From Oscillospiraceae bacterium (lineage in GTDB: Bacteria > Bacillota > Clostridia > Lachnospirales > Lachnospiraceae): a stretch of DNA of 64,000 bases. Within the stretch, counting starts at the first letter, position 1. Every line of letters starts with the position of its first letter. The translations under genes and the position numbers were made by a program. The notes under the pieces were generated by a model. That model was not told where the DNA came from. It ran no database searches and saw only the letters and a program-made list of their open reading frames with translations. Where the stretch lies: positions 6,837-70,836 of the forward strand of contig CAVIHW010000003.1 in the NCBI GenBank assembly GCA_963642615.1, given 5' to 3'. Shown in pieces: positions 45,477-53,975 of this stretch.

Positions 45477-46457
45477 ATGAAAAAGAGTATGGCAGTTTAT
45501 GATGCAGACTTTCGATATGCAGACCGTCTGGCGGAGTTTGCTAATCAGCGGGAACAGGTGCCGTTTCGGGCGGTGGCCTTTACCAGTCTCGAAAAATTGA
45601 AGGCCTTTTCACAGAGGGAATCCATTGACCTTCTGCTTGTCGGGGACAGTGTAAAACAAGAACAGCTGGAAGGGATCCCTGTGGGACAGACTGTGCGCCT
45701 TAGCCAGAATGGATTGGCAAAAGAGGGAGAGGCTGCAGTCTATAAGTACCAGTCCTCGGATAGTCTTTTGCGGGAGGTGATGTCCTGGTACCAGCCCAGG
45801 GAGATCCCCGCGCTTATGAGCGTGGCCGGACAAAGAAGCCGGATCATTGGCGTATACTCTCCCATCAGTCGCTGCGGAAAAACCGGATTTGCCCTGACTT
45901 TGGGGCAGATAAAGGCCAGGGAGGAAAAAGTGCTTTATATGACCTTGGAAGAATTTTCCGGTCTTGCGGCTCTGACCGGAACTGTGTATACAGGAGGTCT
46001 TTCGGATCTGCTTTATTACTACACCCAAAGAGAGTACAGTCCGGTAAGGCTTGGGAGCGTTACCTATCGTTTGGGCGACCTGGACTACATCGCACCGTTT
46101 ACCTATGCGGAAGATAAAAACGGGATCAGCCAGGATGTTTTTGCCGGACTGATCAGCCGGATCGCAGCGGATGGAACGTACGAGGAACTGATCGTGGATA
46201 TCGGTACCTTTTGCGGAGGCGCGGAAGAACTGCTTGGAATTTGTGATGTCATCTATGTGCCGATCAGGGAAGATGCAGTATCTGCGGCCAAACTGGAGGA
46301 ATGGAAGGAATACTTAAACCGCTCCGGACGCAGTGCGGTCTGGGAACGACTGCGTTTTTTAAAGCTTCCCAAACCGGAGCTTTGGCCGTCGCGAGAAACT
46401 TATCTGGAGCGGCTTATGTGGAGCGAACTGGGAGATTTTGTACGGGAGCTGAACTGA
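45477..46457 (+). CDS. TadZ/CpaE-like protein: receiver-like N-domain plus ParA/MinD-like domain with atypical P-loop
   Basis: IGVYSPISRCGKTGFALTLG (P-x4-GKT) and LIVDIG Walker-B-like; position immediately upstream of CpaF. Confidence 0.5.
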   Translation: MKKSMAVYDADFRYADRLAEFANQREQVPFRAVAFTSLEKLKAFSQRESIDLLLVGDSVKQEQLEGIPVGQTVRLSQNGLAKEGEAAVYKYQSSDSLLREVMSWYQPREIPALMSVAGQRSRIIGVYSPISRCGKTGFALTLGQIKAREEKVLYMTLEEFSGLAALTGTVYTGGLSDLLYYYTQREYSPVRLGSVTYRLGDLDYIAPFTYAEDKNGISQDVFAGLISRIAADGTYEELIVDIGTFCGGAEELLGICDVIYVPIREDAVSAAKLEEWKEYLNRSGRSAVWERLRFLKLPKPELWPSRETYLERLMWSELGDFVRELN

Positions 46458-46528
46458 TCGATCTGGATGGTGAGAGCGCAGGAGACGAAAAAATCCGGTG
46501 TCAAAAATGGAGAATCTATGAAAAGGAG

Positions 46529-47803
46529 ATGAAAGATCGGGTGGAGAACTCAGGGGAAGCAGGCGGGGCAAAAAGGCTGCTGGAGCAGCTTCGAAAAGAA
46601 GTGCGGGATGCACTTTGCGGATTTGACCAGATTGGAGATGAGGAATTATATGACTGCATTGATCAGGCGATCGCCGGTCATGCAGAAAATCAGTATCTGC
46701 CGCTTGGACAAAGAATCGAGCTGAAAAACAGGTTGTTTGACCGTTTTCGACGTCTGGATATTTTGCAGGAGCTGGTCGATGACCCGGAAGTGACAGAGAT
46801 CATGGTAAATGGGAAAGATCATATTTTTGTGGAACGGGCAGGGCGCCTGGAACGCTGGGCGCATGGATTTGAGCAGGTGGAACAGCTCGAGGATATGATC
46901 CAGCAGATTGTCAGCAAGATCAACCGGGTGGTGAATGTAAGCAGGCCGATTGCGGATGCAAGGCTTTTGGAAGATGGTTCCCGCGTTCATATCGTGCTGC
47001 CGCCGATCGCGTTAGACGGGCCGGTCGTAACGATCCGGAAATTTCCGGAGCCGATCACGATCGACCGACTGATCGGCTGTGGATCTCTGACAGAAGACGC
47101 AGCAGCTTTTTTGAAAAAAATGGTGCAGTCCGGCTACAACATTTTTATCAGCGGAGGAACGGGATCCGGAAAGACAACCTTTTTAAATGCATTATCGGCT
47201 TTTATTCCGGCCACCGAGCGGGTGATCACCATTGAAGACTCGGCAGAGCTTCAGATCCGGCAGATCCCGAACCTGGTGCGTTTAGAGACCCGATGCGCGA
47301 ATGCAGAGGGGGAGGGTGCAGTGGAGATCAGTGACCTCATCCGGGCATCCCTCCGTATGCGCCCCAATTATCTGATTGTCGGCGAGGTGCGGGGAAAAGA
47401 ATGCTTAGATATGCTGCAGGCACTGAATACCGGACATTTTGGCCTGTCGACCGGCCATGCAAACAGTGCCGGGGATATGCTTTCACGTCTGGAAACCATG
47501 ACCCTCATGGCAGCAGACATTCCTCTTACTGCCGTACGGGGACAGATCGCCTCGGCTATCGATATCCTGGTGCATTTAGGAAGACTGCGGGACAGAAGCC
47601 GACGTGTACTGGAGATCACGGAGGTTGTTGGATACGAAGGGGGTGAGATCCGTCTAAATCCGTTGTATCGATTTGAAGAAAGGGGGGATGCGGATGAGAA
47701 GGAGCATCAGCGTGAAGCTGCAGCAACCGTCTGCGGCAGTCTCATTAAAGTCGGAACCCTCAAAAAACAGGAAAAACTCCGGGCGGCCGGCTACAGCCTG
47801 TAA
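46529..47803 (+). CDS. CpaF/TadA-family type II/IV secretion ATPase
   Basis: Walker A ISGGTGSGKTTFLNAL, ITIEDSAEL, LIVGEVRGKE, GH..STGHANS; start uncertain (ATG 46529 or GTG 46541; ORF opens at 46301, overlapping the upstream gene). Confidence 0.9.
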   Translation: MKDRVENSGEAGGAKRLLEQLRKEVRDALCGFDQIGDEELYDCIDQAIAGHAENQYLPLGQRIELKNRLFDRFRRLDILQELVDDPEVTEIMVNGKDHIFVERAGRLERWAHGFEQVEQLEDMIQQIVSKINRVVNVSRPIADARLLEDGSRVHIVLPPIALDGPVVTIRKFPEPITIDRLIGCGSLTEDAAAFLKKMVQSGYNIFISGGTGSGKTTFLNALSAFIPATERVITIEDSAELQIRQIPNLVRLETRCANAEGEGAVEISDLIRASLRMRPNYLIVGEVRGKECLDMLQALNTGHFGLSTGHANSAGDMLSRLETMTLMAADIPLTAVRGQIASAIDILVHLGRLRDRSRRVLEITEVVGYEGGEIRLNPLYRFEERGDADEKEHQREAAATVCGSLIKVGTLKKQEKLRAAGYSL

Positions 47804-47837
47804 GCAGCCGATCTGCTATGACAGCTATCACCTTACC

Positions 47838-48551
47838 ATGCAGGAAACCATGCTTGCTCTTGGAAAAGGTGTGGTCGTGAGTGCTGTGTTTTCCTATGTT
47901 TTTTACCGAAGCATGATGGCGTTTGGAATCATGATTTTCCCGGGCTGCTTTATGCTGCTTTTTCGGGAACGAAGGAAACGCCTGAAACAACAAAAGCGAA
48001 TGCTTGCACAGCAGTTTAAAGAAGCCATGGTGATCCTCGCGGCATCCTTAAGTGCGGGCTACGCCATGGAAAATGCCATGGCGGTGAGCCTGGAAGAACT
48101 GCGACTGCTTTATGGGGAACAGGGACTGATCGTCCGGGAGTTTTCCGGCATGGTGCAGCAGATCCGGACAAACCGGAATGTGGAGCAGGTGCTGATGGAA
48201 TTTGCAAAGCGCAGTGGACTTGAAGACGTACAAAACCTGGCGGAGGTTCTTAGTATCGGAAAGCGGACGGGAGGTGATCTTGGCAGCATCATGCGCCATA
48301 CGGCGGAGGTGATCCGGGATAAGATGCAGGTTAAGGAAGAAATCATCACCCTGACGGCATCCCGCCAGTTTGAGCAGAAAATTATGAATCTGATCCCGTT
48401 TTTTATCATCTTCTATGTGGAAGGCACCTCACCGGGCTTTTTTGACCAGATGTACTGCACGGGAATGGGAAGGGGGCTGATGACCATGTGCCTGATGCTG
48501 TATCTGGCAGCCTTTTGGCTTTCGGAACGGATCCTGGAGATCGAGGTGTGA
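47838..48551 (+). CDS. T2SS-F-family platform protein (TadB-like)
   Basis: 237 aa from ATG 47838; TM - cytoplasmic helical domain - two C-terminal TMs. Confidence 0.7.
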   Translation: MQETMLALGKGVVVSAVFSYVFYRSMMAFGIMIFPGCFMLLFRERRKRLKQQKRMLAQQFKEAMVILAASLSAGYAMENAMAVSLEELRLLYGEQGLIVREFSGMVQQIRTNRNVEQVLMEFAKRSGLEDVQNLAEVLSIGKRTGGDLGSIMRHTAEVIRDKMQVKEEIITLTASRQFEQKIMNLIPFFIIFYVEGTSPGFFDQMYCTGMGRGLMTMCLMLYLAAFWLSERILEIEV

Positions 48552-48553
48552 TC

Positions 48554-49807
48554 ATGAACGGGGAAAAACGCATAAAAAACAGCACAAAGGACAATAAGAC
48601 ACAAACAAACAGCAAGATCCTGGCAGCGGTCTGTGTGGGAATCAGCGTACTTTTATGGGTTTACCTGAGCTTCTTTTGGAAAGACGCAGATCCGGATCTT
48701 TTGGCCGGTCTGGTGGAGCGTGAGAGTTATGGCGGCAACCTGAAGGAACAGGAGCTTCTGGTGCATGGTCTTGGCGAAAAAGAGCAGGCAGTAACCGTGA
48801 AGGTGAGTCCCCGGGTGTATACAAAAGAAGAAGCGGATGATGTGTTTTACGCAGCCATAGAACAGCTGGGAGAACAGATCCTGGGAGAGAACGAAAGTCT
48901 GAAAACGGTCACTTCAGACCTTGTACTGCCAACGTATCTGAAAGAAAGCGGGGTGCAGATCCGCTGGCATTCCTCCGAGCCGGATGTAATGTCTTCCTCT
49001 GGAACGATTGTGGCAGAGGTGGAGAAAAAACAGGAGCTTTTTTTACAGGCAGAGCTTCGAACCGGAGATTACCGGGCAGACTATGAGATACCGGTCACCC
49101 TGGTTCCGAAGGCACGCAGCCCGGAACAGGAACTTTTGCGGGCATTTACCGATGAAGTGACGAGACTTGATGTGCAGCAGAAAAACGAAGCATATCTGAA
49201 GCTCCCTGACAGCTACCGGGGAAAAACACTTTCCTATCAAAATGCGGAAAAACAAAATTATAATGTGATCCTGCTTCTTGGATTTGTGATGGCAGCACTC
49301 CTTTTTTTGCGGGAGGATTCACAGCAAAAAGAGCAGGAAAAGAAGCGTGAGCGAATGCTTTTATTAGACTATGCCGAGGTGGTTTCCAAACTCCAGGTAC
49401 TGGTGGGAGCAGGAATGACCGTGCGCAATGCCTGGGGGCGCATGGTACATGATTATGAGGCATCGGGGCTAAAAACAGAACGGCCTGCCTATGAAGAAAT
49501 GCGCCAGACCTATTATCAGATGGAAAATGGAACGGCAGAAGGAGTTTCATTTCGCGAATTTGGCAGAAGATGCCGTTTGCAGCCTTATTTAAAGCTAAGC
49601 AGTATTCTGGAGCAGAACCGGAAAACAGGAACAAAAAACTTGCGTGAACTTTTGCGCACAGAGGTGGAGGATGCTTTTGAAATGCGAAAAAACCTTGCCC
49701 GGAGAATGGGGGAGGAGGCCGGAACGAAGCTTTTGATCCCGTTGTTCATGCTTTTGTTTATTGTCATGATATTTATCATGGTACCGGCCATGATGACCAT
49801 GGGTTGA
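48554..49807 (+). CDS. T2SS-F-family platform protein (TadC-like) with about 200-aa extracytoplasmic N-terminal insert
   Basis: ATG 48554, 2 nt after the TadB-like stop; TM1, soluble segment, TM2, T2SSF-like helical domain, C-terminal TM. Confidence 0.65.
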   Translation: MNGEKRIKNSTKDNKTQTNSKILAAVCVGISVLLWVYLSFFWKDADPDLLAGLVERESYGGNLKEQELLVHGLGEKEQAVTVKVSPRVYTKEEADDVFYAAIEQLGEQILGENESLKTVTSDLVLPTYLKESGVQIRWHSSEPDVMSSSGTIVAEVEKKQELFLQAELRTGDYRADYEIPVTLVPKARSPEQELLRAFTDEVTRLDVQQKNEAYLKLPDSYRGKTLSYQNAEKQNYNVILLLGFVMAALLFLREDSQQKEQEKKRERMLLLDYAEVVSKLQVLVGAGMTVRNAWGRMVHDYEASGLKTERPAYEEMRQTYYQMENGTAEGVSFREFGRRCRLQPYLKLSSILEQNRKTGTKNLRELLRTEVEDAFEMRKNLARRMGEEAGTKLLIPLFMLLFIVMIFIMVPAMMTMG

Positions 49808-49851
49808 CCACGGTATAGCGTTGTATATGGATATCAAAGGAGGAAACGTTT

Positions 49852-50058
49852 ATGAGATGGATGAGAAACCTGAAAAATAATGATTGTGTCAAAGAATGGA
49901 CTGCTTTCTGGAACAATGAACAGGGAGTCGGTGTGATCGAGGTCGTGTTGATCCTGGTAGTTTTGATCGGTCTGGTGATCATTTTTAAGACACAGATCCG
50001 GAAATTGCTGGAAAACATTTTCAAGGAGATCGAGACGCAGTCTAAAGAAGTGTATTGA
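49852..50058 (+). CDS. Flp-type (type IVb) prepilin
   Basis: 68 aa; leader then NEQG|VGVIEVVLILVVLIGLVIIF with Glu at +5 of the predicted mature end; AGGAGG RBS. Confidence 0.7.
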   Translation: MRWMRNLKNNDCVKEWTAFWNNEQGVGVIEVVLILVVLIGLVIIFKTQIRKLLENIFKEIETQSKEVY

Positions 50059-50061
50059 CCT

Positions 50062-52002
50062 ATGACCGAAAAAAGAAACCTAAGCGGCCAGGTGACCGTG
50101 TTTGTCAGCATGATCTTAATGATCCTGTTTGCCTTTCTGTGCGTGCTTCTGGAATCGGCACGCACAGCCGGTGCAAGGTGGTATCTGCAGATGGCAGCTT
50201 CCTCTGCCCTGGATTCGGTCTTTGGTCAATATCATAAGGATCTGTGGGAGAACTATCGCCTGCTGTTTGCGGAATATGCCGGTGCAGAGGAGGTAGAGGC
50301 AGATTTCTCCGGATTTCTTACCCCGTATCTTGAGACGGACAACTGGTATCCCATGGCTTTGGAACAGGTGCAGGCTGACGAAATCGTGCGGGTTGTTGAT
50401 GGTCACGGAGCATATCTGGAAAAAGAGATCCTGGATTATATGAAATACGGAATCTGGAACCTGGATTTTCAGGGGGATGCGGTGAACCAGTTGTGGGATC
50501 AGGATCGGGAAGCAGAGGCAGTCACCGAAATGGCCGAAACCTACCGGAACCGGACAAAGGACATGTGGAAGCTGGAAAAAATCCTGGAATCTATCAGCAA
50601 AAATCTGGAGGATGAGAAGAAGGATCAGGAGAATGGCCTTCGTGCATTATCTTCTTATGACGGAGAAGGATTCCGGCGTGCAGCAAAACAGATGATCCGT
50701 GATTTAAAAAAGATGCCGGGGCTGGTGGAAAACTATGAAAAAGAGGCAGATAAGCTGGCTGCCGTCCTGGTATCTGACCGGAAGGCACAGGAGGCCAGAC
50801 AGGATCGTCTGAGTTCGGAAACTGCAGAGGCTCTGGATCGGGAAATCCGGGAGTACGAGGCTTATATTGCAGAAGACGGAAAGCGCAGGCGAGAAATAAA
50901 AAATCTGGATCCCTGGTCGGAAGCAGCAATCAGCAGGCTTGAAGAGCTGATCGAAGAATCCTATGAGGTAGAGCGGGAAATCGAGGAGTGGGAGGATGAC
51001 GACGATGAAGATGATGACAGTGAACCGGATTATGAGAGTTTATGGAGACCGGTGCGAAATGGCCTGACAAATATCACAATCCCGGCTCTGTCTTTTGTGC
51101 ATGGTGTCAAGGACAAGGAAACAGAAGGACTTTTAAAACAGGTGGAACAGCTTTATAAGCAAGGCCTGTTAAAACTTCTGGTACCGGAGGGGAAAAACAT
51201 CTCAAAAAAAACAGTGGAGACTGCGCCGCTGCCTTCGCACTCAGAACGTTATGCGGAAGATGGAGGAAGCGGCACTATGGCAGATCACATCCTGATCAAT
51301 GAATATGCCGGGGAGTTTTTCAGACAGTTTTGTACGGAAGAAACATCTGCAACGTCTGCACTGGATTATGAAATGGAATATTTGATCTGCGGAAATGCGA
51401 ACGATGAAGATAATTTAAGTGAGGTGGTACATCAGCTGCTGGCGGTGAGAGCCGGGTTGAACCTGATCCATATTCTTCGGGATACTGCTATGAGAGAAGA
51501 GGCCAGAACACTTGCAGGTGTGATCACGGGTGCGGCAGCCATAACACCGCTTGTTTTTGCGACAACATTTTTTGTCATGTCTGTATGGGCACTGGGTGAG
51601 GCACTGATGGATGTAAAGGGGCTTCTTGCTGGAAGAAAGGTGGAACTGATCAAACAAAAGGACGACTGGACGCTGAGCATGGAAAATCTCATTCTTATGG
51701 CAAAGAACGGGAAACCGGAGGCCGGCGGAGGAGATCATGGGCTTTCCTATCTGTCTTGGCTGAAGATTTTACTGTTTGTGACGCCACTGGTTCGTCAGGA
51801 TTACCGGATGATGGATGTGATCGAGCTGAACCTGGCACAGGGAAAAAGCGGATTTCGTATGCATAACGCGGTGTATCAGGTGCAGATCTCGGGAGAAGTT
51901 TGTGGAAAACATCTCTTTTTCTCGCCTGCTTTTGTGGAAAATATAACCGGAAACCGTGACAACACAATGCAGATGCAATTCCATAGTGAACGCCGCTATT
52001 AG
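50062..52002 (+). CDS. large membrane-anchored pilus-associated protein (TadE/TadG-like N-terminus, acidic coiled-coil centre)
   Basis: N-terminus NLSGQVTVFVSMILMILFAFLCVLLESAR; central charged helices with EEWEDDDDEDDDSEPDYE; C-terminal YEMEYLICG...LNLIHIL region with hydrophobic helix. Confidence 0.5.
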   Translation: MTEKRNLSGQVTVFVSMILMILFAFLCVLLESARTAGARWYLQMAASSALDSVFGQYHKDLWENYRLLFAEYAGAEEVEADFSGFLTPYLETDNWYPMALEQVQADEIVRVVDGHGAYLEKEILDYMKYGIWNLDFQGDAVNQLWDQDREAEAVTEMAETYRNRTKDMWKLEKILESISKNLEDEKKDQENGLRALSSYDGEGFRRAAKQMIRDLKKMPGLVENYEKEADKLAAVLVSDRKAQEARQDRLSSETAEALDREIREYEAYIAEDGKRRREIKNLDPWSEAAISRLEELIEESYEVEREIEEWEDDDDEDDDSEPDYESLWRPVRNGLTNITIPALSFVHGVKDKETEGLLKQVEQLYKQGLLKLLVPEGKNISKKTVETAPLPSHSERYAEDGGSGTMADHILINEYAGEFFRQFCTEETSATSALDYEMEYLICGNANDEDNLSEVVHQLLAVRAGLNLIHILRDTAMREEARTLAGVITGAAAITPLVFATTFFVMSVWALGEALMDVKGLLAGRKVELIKQKDDWTLSMENLILMAKNGKPEAGGGDHGLSYLSWLKILLFVTPLVRQDYRMMDVIELNLAQGKSGFRMHNAVYQVQISGEVCGKHLFFSPAFVENITGNRDNTMQMQFHSERRY

Positions 52003-52050
52003 ATTAGAAAAAGTTTGATCCCAACAACAAAGGAAAGGAGGTGAAAAGGA

Positions 52051-53064
52051 ATGCCCTGCTGGCAGAAAATAAAAAACCGAAAAACAAAAATAAATACCAG
52101 TGTACCTCTCCAAGTACGAAGCCCATATATCCTACAAAACCTGAGTCTGTTTCAAAAAAGAACGCGCAAATCGGTCAGCAGGGTATTCCCTTTCACCTCC
52201 CCAAATACGGATCGCCTTTCGCTTTTATGCACTGCACAAACGGGAACAGGTCGCACCCTGAGTGCATCTATGACCATAGAGGCAGCATTTACGCTTTCTC
52301 TTTTGATCTTTGCATCGCTCATTTTGATGCTTCCTGCGAAAGTCATGATGACAGAACGGAAAATGCAGGCGGGGTTGGAGGCAGCAGGAGAGGATCTGAG
52401 TCAGTTTGCCTATCTGCTTGACAGTATCAGGAACGGGAAAACGGAAAATGTCACGAGTGCAGGGGAAGCGGACAAAGCACTCAGCCTTTATGCCGAGGAG
52501 GTGGCGGCTCCGCTTTATGCCCGGACAAAGGCTTTATCTTACTGCGATACAGATCAGATATCTCATGTCAGTATGCTGAAATCATCGATCCGTAAGGATG
52601 AGGAGATCCTGGATCTTGTGATGGAATACGATATTTCCATGCCCTTTCCGGTACTTGGCCTTCCTCCTTTGCACCGGACGATCCGCTGCAGACGCAGATG
52701 CTGGACTGGACGTGAAGGACGTTATGGAGAGAATGCCGAGGCGCAAAGTGAGGAGGAACAGATTGTCTATGTGGGAAAAAACAGCACACGTTACCATCCG
52801 GACAGAAGCTGCCATTATCTGGAAAACCATTTGCTGGCGGTTGCGTGGGATAGTATCGACGGGCAGCGCAATACCAGCGGCGGTAAATATTATCCGTGTT
52901 CTTCCTGTGCAAAGAATACCAAAAAAGGAAGCACGGTTTATATTGCAGCCAGTGGAAGCCGTTACCATAGCAGGCAGGACTGTAAGGCGATCATGGCATA
53001 TGCGCGGGCGGTAAAACTGAAAGATGTAAAGTATTTGGGCGCGTGCTCCTATTGCGGAGGATGA
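52051..53064 (+). CDS. TadE-like pseudopilin with long basic leader and two C-terminal Cys/His modules
   Basis: AAGGAGGTG RBS 9 nt before ATG 52051; SASMTIEAAFTLSLLIFASLILM at residues 71-93; two YH-x4-C ... C-x2-C modules at residues 238-335. Confidence 0.6.
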   Translation: MPCWQKIKNRKTKINTSVPLQVRSPYILQNLSLFQKRTRKSVSRVFPFTSPNTDRLSLLCTAQTGTGRTLSASMTIEAAFTLSLLIFASLILMLPAKVMMTERKMQAGLEAAGEDLSQFAYLLDSIRNGKTENVTSAGEADKALSLYAEEVAAPLYARTKALSYCDTDQISHVSMLKSSIRKDEEILDLVMEYDISMPFPVLGLPPLHRTIRCRRRCWTGREGRYGENAEAQSEEEQIVYVGKNSTRYHPDRSCHYLENHLLAVAWDSIDGQRNTSGGKYYPCSSCAKNTKKGSTVYIAASGSRYHSRQDCKAIMAYARAVKLKDVKYLGACSYCGG

Positions 53065-53648
53065 GATTGGATATGGTTTCCCGGGAAGTGGGTTGTGTTG
53101 CGATACGATTTGGGATTTTTCTGATGTTTGCTTTGGCAGCATCCTGGCAGGATTATAAAACCAGACAGGTAAATGTCCGGCTGTTTTTGGTATTTGGAGT
53201 GGTCGGTCTTTTCCTCTGTCTTGGAAGCCAGATCCAAATGGCTTTCCATGCAGAAAATACAGAAGGTGTCCGGTTTTACCCGGAACTTCTTTGGAACATC
53301 TTTTGTTCCATCCTGCTTGGAATGCTGCCGGGAGCAGCTCTTTTCCTGTTTTCCCGGTGTGGAGGCGGGATCGGAGAAGGAGACTGCCTGTTTTTCCTGC
53401 TCTGTGGCTGGTACCTGAACATTTGGGATACCTGTTTTTTGCTGGGTGTGTCTGTCTTTTTATGTGGATTTGTGGGACTTGTCTATTACGTGGCGGGCTG
53501 TAGACATGGGAGCTTAGAAAGCCGGAAACGTGGGAAAACACAGTGGCCGTTTCTTCCGTTTACTGTCTTGCCGGGATCATGGATTGCCATGATGCGGTTA
53601 AGCGAGGTTATTCGGATGATGGCTGTTTCGGAAAGGGGGAGCTTATGA
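53061..53648 (+). CDS. A24-family prepilin peptidase-like protein, paralogue 2
   Basis: ATGA stop/start overlap with the upstream gene; Asp contexts SWQDYKTRQV and GIGEGDCLFF; polytopic. Confidence 0.6.
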   Translation: MRLDMVSREVGCVAIRFGIFLMFALAASWQDYKTRQVNVRLFLVFGVVGLFLCLGSQIQMAFHAENTEGVRFYPELLWNIFCSILLGMLPGAALFLFSRCGGGIGEGDCLFFLLCGWYLNIWDTCFLLGVSVFLCGFVGLVYYVAGCRHGSLESRKRGKTQWPFLPFTVLPGSWIAMMRLSEVIRMMAVSERGSL

Positions 53649-53975
53649 ATGAAGCAGAAAGTCGGATTCTTTGAAAAAGGAAAAAAGTGTTTGCAAGCCA
53701 GCATTACGGTTGAGGCGGCCGGAATCATGTCCATTGTGCTCCTTACGATCATGGTGCTGTTAGGACAGGCCATGCGCTGGAGCAGTCGGACAGCAGGAAT
53801 GTTTGTGCTGCATGAGGAAATTGAGAGAAAACGGCATCTGATCGAGTCTGCAGAGGAGGCAAAAGTAAAAGAACAGGCTTATGGAAGCGGATGGGATCTG
53901 GAAATTTCAGCACCGGTATTCCGACCGGAAAAAGCCATGAGAAGGTGGAGTCTGGTGGAGGATGGGACAAAATGA
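53649..53975 (+). CDS. TadE-like pseudopilin
   Basis: 108 aa; CLQA|SITVEAAGIMSIVLLTIMVLL, Glu at +5; ATG directly follows the upstream TGA. Confidence 0.65.
   Translation: MKQKVGFFEKGKKCLQASITVEAAGIMSIVLLTIMVLLGQAMRWSSRTAGMFVLHEEIERKRHLIESAEEAKVKEQAYGSGWDLEISAPVFRPEKAMRRWSLVEDGTK

Noticed and set aside
46301-46528. Upstream extension of the CpaF ORF overlapping the TadZ-like gene by 157 nt (possible overlap or frameshift product)
   Set aside because: The overlapping part has no ATPase-family features, and the TadZ-like frame is clearly coding there. An internal start (ATG 46529 or GTG 46541) is more likely, though the exact start remains uncertain.
47673-47837. N-terminal extension of the TadB-like ORF overlapping the CpaF 3' end
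   Set aside because: The extension is basic low-complexity sequence in the shadow of the CpaF C-terminus. ATG 47838 gives a normal T2SSF protein.
52041-52421. Alternative-frame 126-aa ORF (GTG 52041) at the start of the long-leader pseudopilin gene
   Set aside because: It has no pilin-like or other motif and poor RBS spacing. The 52051 frame continues into a clear TadE-type segment. The A-rich low-complexity 5' part does mean the true start deserves experimental confirmation.
53891-53971. N-terminal extension of the FHA ORF
   Set aside because: It overlaps the TadE-like gene. ATG 53972 has a GGAGG RBS and an ATGA coupling arrangement.
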